The notes below the pieces were generated by a model that was not told where the DNA came from, made no database searches, and saw nothing but the letters and a program-made list of their open reading frames with translations. A program made the translations under genes and the position numbers. Of a DNA stretch of 43,896 bases, positions 29,270-38,279 are shown piece by piece. The DNA is from an uncultured archaeon (GTDB lineage: Archaea; EX4484-52; JAADEF01): assembly GCA_964407715.1 (NCBI GenBank), contig CAYOWP010000010.1:1-43896 (forward strand), given 5' to 3'. Within the stretch, counting starts at the first letter, position 1, and each line of letters begins with the position of its first letter.

Positions 29270-29362
29270 AAGTATTCAAAAGTATTTAAAAGTTTTACTT
29301 TAAGTATTACTAAGAATTAATAAGTATTACCAAAAGTATTTATTTTTAATACTTAGTAATAC
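29270..29362. promoter_or_regulatory. Phased AAGTATT heptamer array overlapping the RHH promoter
   Basis: AAGTATT-like copies at 29270, 29280, 29290, 29302, 29312, 29322 and 29334, plus inverted AATACTT at 29348. Confidence 0.6.
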
Positions 29363-29438
29363 CATAATCTTGCTGTTTTTATTTGGATGTTCTTAAATGA
29401 GAATACCTTAGATTTCATTTTTGAGGTAAAAATCTAGA

Positions 29439-29573
29439 TGCAGGGGGTGGGATTTGAACCCACGAACCCACTAAGGGAGTGGATTTCTCAGAAGATATCA
29501 AATCATCGCATCGCTCATTACTCAAGATTCCCTCTTGAGTCCACCGCCGTTGGCCAGGCTTGGCGACCCCTGC
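29439..29573 (-). tRNA. tRNA-Leu(CAA) with 49-nt intron at 37/38 (intron 29485-29533)
   Basis: Reverse complement GCAGGGGTCGCCAAGCCTGGCCAACGGCG-GTGGA-CT-CAA-G|intron|A-TCCAC, long variable arm, GTGGGTTCAAATCCCAC-CCCCTGC-A; BHB helix CTCA/TGAG. Confidence 0.95.
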
Positions 29574-29622
29574 CTATATAATAAAATAATATATGTAACC
29601 TTAATTTAAAAATCTTTAAATT

Positions 29623-30041
29623 GGTTAACAGAAAAAATCGCTAACATGAAGGTTTCAAAGCAGCTAACCTAAATAAAAGGTTAGCTGCATACTGTCCTTT
29701 TTTAAGGTTAGCTGCAATAACATGCTCTCTTAAAGAGGTATGCTTCCCGTTAACCATATTTCTCTTTAAAAATTTGGTTAAGGGGAAACCTAACCTTTCA
29801 AGAAGGCACATGGAAGCAGCTAACCTAATTAAGAGTTAGCTGCTGTAATCTCTCTCATTGATAAGGTATTCTTCCCGTTAACCATATTTTTAAAAATAAA
29901 AAATTGGTTAACGCGAGAAAATCGCTATTGCCAAGGTTTTGCAGTATAATAGCCCCCTGCTAAGGTCAGCAGCTTCCCAATCGCTCAGAAAGGTTAGCTG
30001 CTTTGGTGTAGCTAATTGATTTGGTATGCTTTGCATTAACC
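29623..30041. repeat. Tandem array of 3 modular palindromic units (133, 108, 136 bp)
   Basis: Units 29623-29755, 29776-29883 and 29906-30041, each GGTTAA...TTAACC with GCAGCTAACC/GGTTAGCTGC cores; AT spacers of 20 and 22 bp. Confidence 0.85.
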
Positions 30042-30084
30042 AAAATTTGCAAGAAGAGATTATAAAAATTTAAAAAAGAAAAAA

Positions 30085-31323
30085 TTATGCGTAGATGATT
30101 TCAATTTTGCTGGATTTTACTGGAGATTTCTTTGTGGATGCGAAGATCTTTATTCCTTTTGATTCCGCAACCTTTAATAGAGAAGAGGTAATCTCTCCAT
30201 CACTGATCACTATATATGCGCTATCAATTTGTTTTAATGCATTACCAAGTTCCTTAACAGGAACTCTACCCAATAACTCCATATTCTCATTATAAATGCT
30301 AGCAGCTCTTGTACCTATAATATCCTCTAATTGTTGCTTAACAAACTCCTTTATCTCATCCTCAACTTCTTGAGATTGTTTTTTGACTTCCTTCTTTTTA
30401 GCAGCCTCTTTACGAGGTTTTATTTTCGTTTCTTTCTTAATCGTTGCACGTTTTGACACTTTTGGCTCAGCAGCCGGTTTTTCTTCTTTTACCTCTTTTT
30501 CCTCTTCTGCTTTTTTGTTATAAGGTACTCTATCTCTCAAACTCTTAAATATCTCTTTTTTCGTTAGTTCCTCTACTTCCTTACCTTGAGGTGCTCTCGC
30601 CACATAATCTATATCAACTCCCATATCCATCAACTCTTTAAGAATAAGATTGCCTCCTCTATCACCATCAACAAAAACAGTTACAATCTTCTCTTTTGAG
30701 ATATCAACAACCTTAGGATTTATAGAGGTTCCTCCTATTGCAATTGCATTTTTAATTCCATGTTTAAGAAGATTTATCACATCTGCCCTACCTTCAACAA
30801 ATATGATTTCCTCAGATGTAGCTGCTTCTGGCCCTGCTGCCATTCCTTCATATTCACAAATCTCACCTGCCCTAACATCCTGAAGAATCTGCTCTGTAAG
30901 AATATTGATATCCGGAACCTTGCTTAATAAAGCAGATAATAAATCTTTTGCTCTATCAACGATATACTTTCTCTTGACAGTTCGCAAATCCTCCAAAGCT
31001 TCAACATTAATTTCCGCATCACATGGCCCTATTCTCTCGATTGTCTCTATTGCAGCACCTATTAATGCTGTCTCTGTGCTTCCTAAACTGGAAGGTATGA
31101 TAATTTCCCCAGTTGTTTTACCACCTTCAATTTTTATGTTTTCTACCTCAATCCTACCGATTTTCCCAGTTCTTTGCAATTCTCTTAAATCCATCTCAGG
31201 ACCAAGTAATCCCTCTGTTTGACCAAAAAGCGCACCAATAACATCAGGCTTTTCTACGACCCCATTAGCAAAAAATTTAGCTCTTATGATATATTTAACT
31301 GATGTTTGTGCTAATTTTGCCAT
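30085..31323 (-). CDS. dnaG: Archaeal DnaG primase-like/exosome-associated protein
   Basis: VEKPDVIGALFGQTEGLLG, LRELQRTGKIGRI, TOPRIM VEGRADV and DGDRGG; start at ATG 31323 after GGAGGTG. Confidence 0.95.
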   Translation of the reverse strand: MAKLAQTSVKYIIRAKFFANGVVEKPDVIGALFGQTEGLLGPEMDLRELQRTGKIGRIEVENIKIEGGKTTGEIIIPSSLGSTETALIGAAIETIERIGPCDAEINVEALEDLRTVKRKYIVDRAKDLLSALLSKVPDINILTEQILQDVRAGEICEYEGMAAGPEAATSEEIIFVEGRADVINLLKHGIKNAIAIGGTSINPKVVDISKEKIVTVFVDGDRGGNLILKELMDMGVDIDYVARAPQGKEVEELTKKEIFKSLRDRVPYNKKAEEEKEVKEEKPAAEPKVSKRATIKKETKIKPRKEAAKKKEVKKQSQEVEDEIKEFVKQQLEDIIGTRAASIYNENMELLGRVPVKELGNALKQIDSAYIVISDGEITSSLLKVAESKGIKIFASTKKSPVKSSKIEIIYA

Positions 31324-31493
31324 ACATAACACCTCCTTTATCATTAATTTTTGGCTGCTTAGTAGAAAGGGGATACAAAATTTCTCTTTTAAGGCAATCA
31401 TTAAAAGTTCATTAACATAGTGATTAACATATCATTTTTATCTCAATGATCATATTAATTCAACCTTAATTATAAGTAATAATAAAAAACAAA

Positions 31494-31781
31494 TTAAATA
31501 TTACCCTTCCTACTAAGCAGCCGCACGATTTCATCACATGATTTTTCAATTTTCAATGTTTTCTTGTTTGATGTAAATCCTCTAACAATTTCAACTTTAC
31601 ATTTAAATATATTTCTCAAATTTTTTAAAAGTTCTTCGTTTGCTTTGCCCTTAATGGGAGCAGACCTCAGATAAACTTTGAGTTTATTACTTTCATTCAT
31701 CTCAATATCAAAACGCTTTGATGAAGGAATTACCTTGACATCCAAATAACATATGTGCTCTTTATCATTATCTCTTTTCAT
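31494..31781 (-). CDS. DUF167/YggU-family protein
   Basis: VKVIPSS, LKVYL..AP.KGKANEEL, VEIVRG.TS..K. Confidence 0.85.
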   Translation of the reverse strand: MKRDNDKEHICYLDVKVIPSSKRFDIEMNESNKLKVYLRSAPIKGKANEELLKNLRNIFKCKVEIVRGFTSNKKTLKIEKSCDEIVRLLSRKGNI

Positions 31782-31801
31782 ATTCTTAACCTAAAACCTT
31801 A

Positions 31802-32749
31802 TTACTCATCTCTAATACCTTCCTCGGTAACAACAAATACCGCTTCTCCATCAGGTAGATTTGGACTATCAACCAATCTTGCAATCCTTTTGTTTCCTTT
31901 GCTTTTTCTAAGATATACTCTAAAGGTTGCTGCGTGATGTAATACATGTCCTCCAACAGCCTCAGTAGGATCACCAAAGAAGACATCAGGTTTAGCCATA
32001 ACTTGGTTAGTAATATACACAGCTAAATTATAAGCGTCTGCATATCTCTGCAATGTATGCAGATGCTTATTCAATTTCTGTTGTCTCTCTGCCAAGTTAC
32101 CCCTACCAGAGTAATCTGCTCTAAAGTGGGCAGTTACAGAATCAACAATAATCAGTCTTATATTCTCCTTTTTTATGATATCTTTTGCTTTTTCAACCAA
32201 CAATATTTGATGATCAGAATTATATGCTCTTGCAACAAATATATTTTTAAGCACATCTTCACCCTTCAATCCTAGTGCTTCTGCCATTTGAATTATCCTT
32301 TCAGGTCTAAATGTTTGTTCAGTATCTATATATAATGCATTACCATTCAATCCACCTTGATTCTTAGGTAACTGCACATTCACAGATAACTGATGTGCTA
32401 ATTGTGTCTTTGCAGAGCCAAAAGCACCATAGCATTCTGTTATACTTCCAGTTTCTATACCCCCTCCTAAAAGAGCATCAAGAGCCTTACTTCCTGTTGT
32501 AATACGTGCGATCTGCTTCCTTTTTTCCAATACCTCTAAACCAGATTCAAATCCCATATTTAGGGCATTTCTTGCTGCTGCAATAATTTTTGCTGCTTGC
32601 CCCTCTCCTATCTCAGCTATTGCTGCTAATTCTGCTGGAGATGCAGTAGCGATAGCCATTAAATCATCCATTCCGACTGATTCCAACTTTTCTGCTGTTT
32701 TTTCACCTACTCCAGGCAAATCACGTAAGGTTATCTCTTTCTCAGTCAT
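31802..32749 (-). CDS. radA: DNA repair and recombination protein RadA
   Basis: Hh[53 protein letters not shown]. Confidence 0.97.
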   Translation of the reverse strand: MTEKEITLRDLPGVGEKTAEKLESVGMDDLMAIATASPAELAAIAEIGEGQAAKIIAAARNALNMGFESGLEVLEKRKQIARITTGSKALDALLGGGIETGSITECYGAFGSAKTQLAHQLSVNVQLPKNQGGLNGNALYIDTEQTFRPERIIQMAEALGLKGEDVLKNIFVARAYNSDHQILLVEKAKDIIKKENIRLIIVDSVTAHFRADYSGRGNLAERQQKLNKHLHTLQRYADAYNLAVYITNQVMAKPDVFFGDPTEAVGGHVLHHAATFRVYLRKSKGNKRIARLVDSPNLPDGEAVFVVTEEGIRDE

Positions 32750-33776
32750 GTTGAACACCTTCCGTGTATTGATCTTCTTTAATCATTGTTCCTTCTATTT
32801 CCTTTAGTAAGACACCAACCTCGTTTTTTGGATCTATTTCTTTTATGCGATTTATTGTAATTTCCAATGTATCATTATATTTGTTTCTTTTGATATTTCC
32901 AAAAATGCGATATTTTATGTTAATCGCATGATGCAACACCTCATAAAAATAATCTTGCCCTTTTTCTTCAATGATTTTTATTATCTCTTCTTTGGACAAT
33001 CCCAAAAATTCCTGAATTGTTGTATCAAACATATTGAAAATGATAGAGGATGTTTCATCAGAGATAATGCCTGAGATAACCAAAAGAGGATCTATTTTCC
33101 CATGCTCTGGACAGGTTTTTGTATCCTTAGTTTCATTGCATTCTCTACAATAATATATCAAAGGATTCTTATAAAAAAATTTAGTTATATATGCGCTTAA
33201 CTCAACATTTTCATTTTCCTTAGTAATCTCAACTATCTTTTTCTTTTCATAACTTCTTCCTTTAATTAAGAATTCTTCTGGTACTTTTATATCTCCATCG
33301 CTTTTCTTTAATATCCCATACATGCCTAATCTTATCTCAACATTTCCATCTTTTCTCTCCTTTGTATATCCATTAATTATCTCGATTATATCTCCCTCTT
33401 TAAATTCAAACTCATCTACTTGCTCATCCCATAATACAAGCCTTATTATTCCTGTTTCATCCCCTATCATTACATTCATAACCTTTCCTTTGCTACCATC
33501 ATCTCTTTCAAATGATACGGGTTCGTTTATCTGTAATATCTTTGCTTTTAATCTTATACCACTTATGCCAGGAAATAAATCCTTTATTTTTATTGACTTT
33601 TCCTTATCTCTTTCTATATTTATTCCAAAATCCTTTGCTACAAGATAAGCAGCACCATAATCTGAGATTAAGTTGTTATACTCTATTTGTTTCTTTCTTA
33701 TCATCTCCAATATCTCTGATTGTTTTTTACCTGTTTTCTCTGAGATAAATATAACGAGTTGTTTGAAATCTTCCAT
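32742..33776 (-). CDS. rpa: Replication protein A (OB folds plus Zn finger)
   Basis: N-terminal DUF2240-like helix region, GDETG.IRLVLW OB fold, C..C...CPEHG, second OB fold (DETSSI); start moved to ATG 33776. Confidence 0.85.
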   Translation of the reverse strand: MEDFKQLVIFISEKTGKKQSEILEMIRKKQIEYNNLISDYGAAYLVAKDFGINIERDKEKSIKIKDLFPGISGIRLKAKILQINEPVSFERDDGSKGKVMNVMIGDETGIIRLVLWDEQVDEFEFKEGDIIEIINGYTKERKDGNVEIRLGMYGILKKSDGDIKVPEEFLIKGRSYEKKKIVEITKENENVELSAYITKFFYKNPLIYYCRECNETKDTKTCPEHGKIDPLLVISGIISDETSSIIFNMFDTTIQEFLGLSKEEIIKIIEEKGQDYFYEVLHHAINIKYRIFGNIKRNKYNDTLEITINRIKEIDPKNEVGVLLKEIEGTMIKEDQYTEGVQHD

Positions 33777-33853
33777 AATTATTAATTTATTTAGATAATA
33801 TTTTAAAAAATATCTTGACAAACTTTGCCAAAACCTTTGGTAAATCCTATTAT

Positions 33854-36403
33854 TTAGCAAATTATTTTCCTTTTTATAACTGGATGTAAAGACAACTTAT
33901 CCTTTACACCACATGTAGTTTCAACTATTATGTCCTCTATATCTGAGCAGAACAAATCCTTACATAAAATCTTAAATATACCTATACCTCCTGGTGGGAG
34001 AATATATTTTTTGCTTAAATTAGTAGAGCATACAGGTTTAAGTTGTTTATTATAAATGGTTATATTTGTAATCTCTGCTGTTTCAGTCATTATATTTTCA
34101 ATAATAACTTTGTATCCTTCCTCTCCATGTCTAAGTATCCTTATACTTCCTCTTGAATCTGCAGTTGCTTTAATAGGCACTGTACATGGAAATACATTTC
34201 CACATTTAGTGGAAATATATTTCTTCACAGCATTCAATATATTAACTAAATAGGTTTGTGTAGTATCATTAAAGAAGCCATTATACTTCCATACCAATTG
34301 CTCTCCCACATAGATTTTTGGATTTAAAGGATATGTTTTTGATAATGCTAAAGGATAATAATCTATGTTTCCTGGTGCTAATGTATATGGAGAATCGCAT
34401 ATTCCATCATGATTAGTGTCATTGCAAGTTTCTGAGTAACCATTTCCTGAAGGCGTAGCATACACATTACCACCAATGAAAGGTCTCCCCACTATGTTTG
34501 GTCCAAGTTGTAGAGTGGTATTCCATTGATTTGATGAAGAGGAAATGTAAATGTTGTTGGTGTTGTTAAGAAGGTTGTTGTAGAAAAGGTTGTTATCTGA
34601 ACTACTAAGATAAATACCATATTGAGCACTGTATTTTATTGTGGAATTTGCTATTATGTTGGAGGAAGAGGAATAGAGACAGATACCACGATTATTACTA
34701 TTGGCAGTGATGTTTGTTAATGTATTAGAGGAAGAAGAACTAAAATAGATGCCTTCTCCAGAGTTGCTATTAGCAATGATGTTTGTTAATGTATTGGACG
34801 AACCACTAAGATAAATACCAATGCCCCCATTGTGATTAGCAGTGATATTTATAATAGTATTAGAAGAAGAGCAAGAAAGCACAAGACCCCAATTGTTATT
34901 ATTAACAAGAATATCTGTTATAGTGTTCAAAGAAGAACGAGAAAAACGGATACCGTATCTATTCTCTTTAGCAGTAATGTTTATTAAAGTGTTAAATGAT
35001 GAATACCAATAAATATAAACCCCATCATAACTATTCTCTTTAGCAGTAATGTTTATTAAAGTGTTAAATGATGAATAAGAATCAAGCCAGATGCCATAAT
35101 CCGGGCTACTCTTAGTGATTATATTCTCTAAGGTATTATATTTAGCATTAGTTAAGTAGATATTTGCAGAATCCCAATCTGTTAATTGACAGTTCTTAAT
35201 TACATGACCATAACCATAATCAATATAAATCCCATAATCAGCATTGTCATCTCCGTCTATTAAATGGTTTTGGCAATCAAATGTTATTTCTGGATATGTA
35301 TAAGGATCAAAATATATACATTTAGATGTGGTGAAGTTTATAATATCAACAGTTAATTGCACTATATCATTGGGAGTTGCATTGTTTTGTATTATAGATG
35401 TACACTCGCTACATGATGAGCAAGTAAATGTTTTTTGAGGTGTTCCTGTATAGATTGGATAGTAATCATATTTATTATTGATGGCATAAGGGTTATCGCA
35501 TATATTGTCATTGTTAGTATCATAGCATCCTTCATGTTCAGCATCATATGCTAACCAGTGATTTCCTATGTTTGTGTAGTTCCATTTTGTTGTTGATGAT
35601 TCATCTGAGATTTTATATTTTGATGATAATAGATTGTTATAAAAGAGATTGTTATCACCGGATGTTATTCTTATATCATTGATTTTATTTCTTATTATGG
35701 TATTGTTTTTGAAGAGATTATTATCTGAATTCTTTAGGTAAATACCTTGAGCATTGAATGTGATTGTTGTGGATGTGATGTTGTTATCTGAACCATCTTC
35801 GAGCCCAAGACCATATTGATTATTATGTGAGATTGTGGAATTTGCTATGGTATTGAAGGAAGAGGAAGAATAACAAAAATATACACCATAATTGTTATTA
35901 TTAGCAGTGATATTTACAAAAATGTTAAAGGAAGAACCATCAATACGAATACCTGTATCACCATTGTTATTGGCAATAATGTTTGTTAAGGTGTTGGAGG
36001 ATGAGGAAGAGAGACGGATGCCATAATAATTGTTGCTATTACTCACAACATTCTCTATCTTGCTATCATGTACTCCATCACGAAGATAAATTCCATGATA
36101 AAATTCTTGGATTTTGCAGTTTCTTATGGTGATGTTGCTTAAGGAGCCGCTTGCATATATCCCATAACTACCAGAGGCTTTAGTACCATCAATCACATGC
36201 CATTGGCAATCCAAGGTTACATCAGAAGAGGAGATAGTAAAGCAAGTGCTGCTTGAATCAGTGATGTCAGAAGTTAAATAATAAACTCCTGGAGATGAGA
36301 TGGTGGTGCAGGAGTTGAGAGAGGTTGCTGCGTAGGTTAAAGTTATCAAGTTTATAAAACTAAAAAACATCCATAGCAATACTTTATGGTTTTTGATTTT
36401 CAT
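33854..36403 (-). CDS. Secreted tandem parallel beta-helix (NosD/CASH-like) surface protein; paralogue of 16928-18421
   Basis: Signal peptide, two beta-helix domains each ending in ICD.PY/DYYP, shared C-terminal region; GAGGTG RBS. Confidence 0.87.
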   Translation of the reverse strand: MKIKNHKVLLWMFFSFINLITLTYAATSLNSCTTISSPGVYYLTSDITDSSSTCFTISSSDVTLDCQWHVIDGTKASGSYGIYASGSLSNITIRNCKIQEFYHGIYLRDGVHDSKIENVVSNSNNYYGIRLSSSSSNTLTNIIANNNGDTGIRIDGSSFNIFVNITANNNNYGVYFCYSSSSFNTIANSTISHNNQYGLGLEDGSDNNITSTTITFNAQGIYLKNSDNNLFKNNTIIRNKINDIRITSGDNNLFYNNLLSSKYKISDESSTTKWNYTNIGNHWLAYDAEHEGCYDTNNDNICDNPYAINNKYDYYPIYTGTPQKTFTCSSCSECTSIIQNNATPNDIVQLTVDIINFTTSKCIYFDPYTYPEITFDCQNHLIDGDDNADYGIYIDYGYGHVIKNCQLTDWDSANIYLTNAKYNTLENIITKSSPDYGIWLDSYSSFNTLINITAKENSYDGVYIYWYSSFNTLINITAKENRYGIRFSRSSLNTITDILVNNNNWGLVLSCSSSNTIINITANHNGGIGIYLSGSSNTLTNIIANSNSGEGIYFSSSSSNTLTNITANSNNRGICLYSSSSNIIANSTIKYSAQYGIYLSSSDNNLFYNNLLNNTNNIYISSSSNQWNTTLQLGPNIVGRPFIGGNVYATPSGNGYSETCNDTNHDGICDSPYTLAPGNIDYYPLALSKTYPLNPKIYVGEQLVWKYNGFFNDTTQTYLVNILNAVKKYISTKCGNVFPCTVPIKATADSRGSIRILRHGEEGYKVIIENIMTETAEITNITIYNKQLKPVCSTNLSKKYILPPGGIGIFKILCKDLFCSDIEDIIVETTCGVKDKLSLHPVIKRKIIC
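34959..35077. repeat. Exact 47-bp intragenic direct repeat, 72-bp period
   Basis: 34959-35005 equals 35031-35077, encoding YSSFNTLINITAKEN twice. Confidence 0.9.
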
Positions 36404-36424
36404 ATATACACCTCATACTGAAAT

Positions 36425-36754
36425 TCAATAAAATGATGGTATGACTTCAAGTAAAATATCAAAGGCTATATCTTCATTCTTTCTAACCGAAAAATTATAA
36501 GTTTCAATATCATGAGGATAACTGAAATTAAATGTATGATCTATAGGTGTGAGATTTCTATTTTGAATATCTTTTATTGATATTCCTACAAGATCACAAT
36601 TCTCAGGAAGATCTCTTTTTTCTGCAGATTTAAATAAAGAGATGCCATAATCTTTAAGCCATGTGAAATAGAGAATACTTAAGGTAACAACTCCTACAAG
36701 TAATATAACAGATGTAAGACTAATAGAAATTGCTTTTCTTTTATTCATATCCAT
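36425..36754 (-). CDS. Short archaeal type IV pilin-like protein (class III signal peptide)
   Basis: KRKA|ISISLTSVILLVGVVTLSILYFTW resembles the (K/R)(G/A)|IS...VLLI...W prepilin motif; only 109 aa. Confidence 0.7.
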   Translation of the reverse strand: MDMNKRKAISISLTSVILLVGVVTLSILYFTWLKDYGISLFKSAEKRDLPENCDLVGISIKDIQNRNLTPIDHTFNFSYPHDIETYNFSVRKNEDIAFDILLEVIPSFY

Positions 36755-36829
36755 AAAATTTATAAGAACTGAAATTTATTTAAATTTTTCTTTATTGTTA
36801 AACAAAACTTCAATATACTTTTGATAAGA

Positions 36830-36970
36830 GGTTAAAGGAAAACATACCTCTCACTAAAGGTCTTGAGCATGCCAATACAAGTAAAAGGATAGCTGCTTTA
36901 ATGCCTTTGGATATTAAGTAAATCTTTCGTTAGCCAGGTTCTTTAAAATAAAAATAGTTAACGTAGAGAA
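36830..36970. repeat. Degenerate 106-bp palindromic unit, 20-bp spacer and start of a second unit
   Basis: GGTTAAAGGAAAACATACCTCTC...GGATAGCTGC...TTTCGTTAGCC (36830-36935), then AGTTAACG at 36956. Confidence 0.7.
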
Positions 36971-37052
36971 ATGACAATAAATTAATCACATTACATATAT
37001 TTTTAAAATCTTTTGAGAATAATCTTATTTAGAGATGTTTAAGGGTGAACTT

Positions 37053-37475
37053 ATGAAAAGAGATATAAAAAAAGCAATATCGAAATCATGTTATTCTTTT
37101 GGAGAATTTCTACCCATTTTGTTGGGCGTTTTAATGCTCATAAGCTTAGCTATTACTGCAATACCTAAAGAAGTATATTCTCATCTCTTTAAAGGAAATT
37201 ATTTATTGGATCCAATAATTGGTAGTGCCTTGGGTAGTGTATTTGCAGGAAATCCAATAACAAGCTACATTATCGGAGGAGAGTTATTGAATCAAGGAGT
37301 AAGTTTGGTAGCAGTAACAGCTTTTATAGTTGCATGGGTTACTGTAGGTATAGCTCAATTACCAGCAGAGATGTTGATTTTTGGAAAGAAATTTGCTATT
37401 GTTAGAAACCTATTAAGTTTCTTATTTTCTATATTGATAGCAATAATTGCGGCTATTATATTGTGTGTGGTGTAG
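37053..37475 (+). CDS. Predicted permease half (DUF318/ArsP-like)
   Basis: GSALGSVFAGNPITSY..GGELL..GVS, WVTVG..QLPAE...G..FA..RN. Confidence 0.8.
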   Translation: MKRDIKKAISKSCYSFGEFLPILLGVLMLISLAITAIPKEVYSHLFKGNYLLDPIIGSALGSVFAGNPITSYIIGGELLNQGVSLVAVTAFIVAWVTVGIAQLPAEMLIFGKKFAIVRNLLSFLFSILIAIIAAIILCVV

Positions 37476-37479
37476 GAAT

Positions 37480-37974
37480 ATGCAAAATAAAAATAAGAGA
37501 TCCGGATGGATATTTTTTGGAATTATGATGCTTATTTATTTATGTTTGTTTTTTATTGATAGAGTTTTCTTTATCAAAGTCTTCATGAATCTTATTCACA
37601 TGTTAACTAGGATTATTCCTATTTTTGTTTTGATTTTTATTATAATGATAATTATAAATTATTATGTTACACCAAAGATGATAGCAAAATATCTGAGTAA
37701 GAATTCTGGTATAAAAAAATGGATCATAGCCATTGTTAGCGGAATAATATCAACAGGACCTGTTTATATGTGGTATTCTGTATTAAAAGAATTAAAGGAA
37801 AAAGGGGTAAGCTATGGATTTATAGCAGTTTTTCTTTATAATCGTGCAATAAAACCTCCTTTAATTCCTCTAATGATTTATTATTTCGGCTTGAAGTTTA
37901 CTATTGTTTTAACTCTTCTAACAATATTTTTTTCAATATTGGAGGGAACAATAATTGAAAAGATAATGAGGTGA
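37480..37974 (+). CDS. Predicted permease half (DUF318/ArsP-like)
   Basis: I.KYL...SG, GIISTGP.YMWY..L.EL..KG, FLYNRAIK.PL.P.M..YFG. Confidence 0.8.
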   Translation: MQNKNKRSGWIFFGIMMLIYLCLFFIDRVFFIKVFMNLIHMLTRIIPIFVLIFIIMIIINYYVTPKMIAKYLSKNSGIKKWIIAIVSGIISTGPVYMWYSVLKELKEKGVSYGFIAVFLYNRAIKPPLIPLMIYYFGLKFTIVLTLLTIFFSILEGTIIEKIMR

Positions 37975-37978
37975 AAAT

Positions 37979-38278
37979 ATGAGAATTGCAATTGCGTCCT
38001 TGGATAAGAATGAAGATGCTGAGATAAGCAAGGTAGGGGGTAGAGCCCCATACTTCCTTATATTTGATGATAATAAGTTGGTAAAAGTCATTGAAAATCC
38101 ATTTAGGTTTGAAGGTGGTGCTGGTTGGAAGGTTGTTGAGATGTTGCATAGAGAGGGTGTTGAAATGATTATTGCTGGAAGTATAGGAGAAAGGATGAGA
38201 GAAACCATGAATGAAAAAGGAATAAAATATAAAGAGGTTTCAGGAAAAGTTAAAGATGCATTAAAGAACCTGGCATAG
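37979..38278 (+). CDS. NifB/NifX-family (dinitrogenase FeMo-cofactor-binding domain) protein
   Basis: MRIAIA, GRAPYFLIFD, ENP, GGAG, IIAG.IG; GAGGTGA RBS. Confidence 0.85.
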   Translation: MRIAIASLDKNEDAEISKVGGRAPYFLIFDDNKLVKVIENPFRFEGGAGWKVVEMLHREGVEMIIAGSIGERMRETMNEKGIKYKEVSGKVKDALKNLA

Positions 38279-38279
38279 G

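Noticed and set aside
29623-30041. Integron attC cassette array
   Set aside because: GTTAAGC/GCTTAAC fits GTTRRRY/RYYYAAC in only some copies and in the wrong arrangement (AAC-to-GTT gaps of only 10-22 bp); no cassette ORFs and no integrase
16928-36403. Diversity-generating retroelement template/variable repeat pair in the beta-helix paralogues
   Set aside because: Both copies are coding, the differences are largely synonymous and not adenine-specific, and no reverse transcriptase is present
36404-36427. TGA read-through or alternative genetic code fusing the pilin to the beta-helix gene
   Set aside because: Two TGAs would need recoding, TGA ends clear genes here (trpS, radA, top6B), and the downstream gene has its own RBS and signal peptide
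37979-38278. Nitrogen fixation gene
   Set aside because: Stand-alone NifX-like domains are common in non-diazotrophic archaea; no nifHDK in the window
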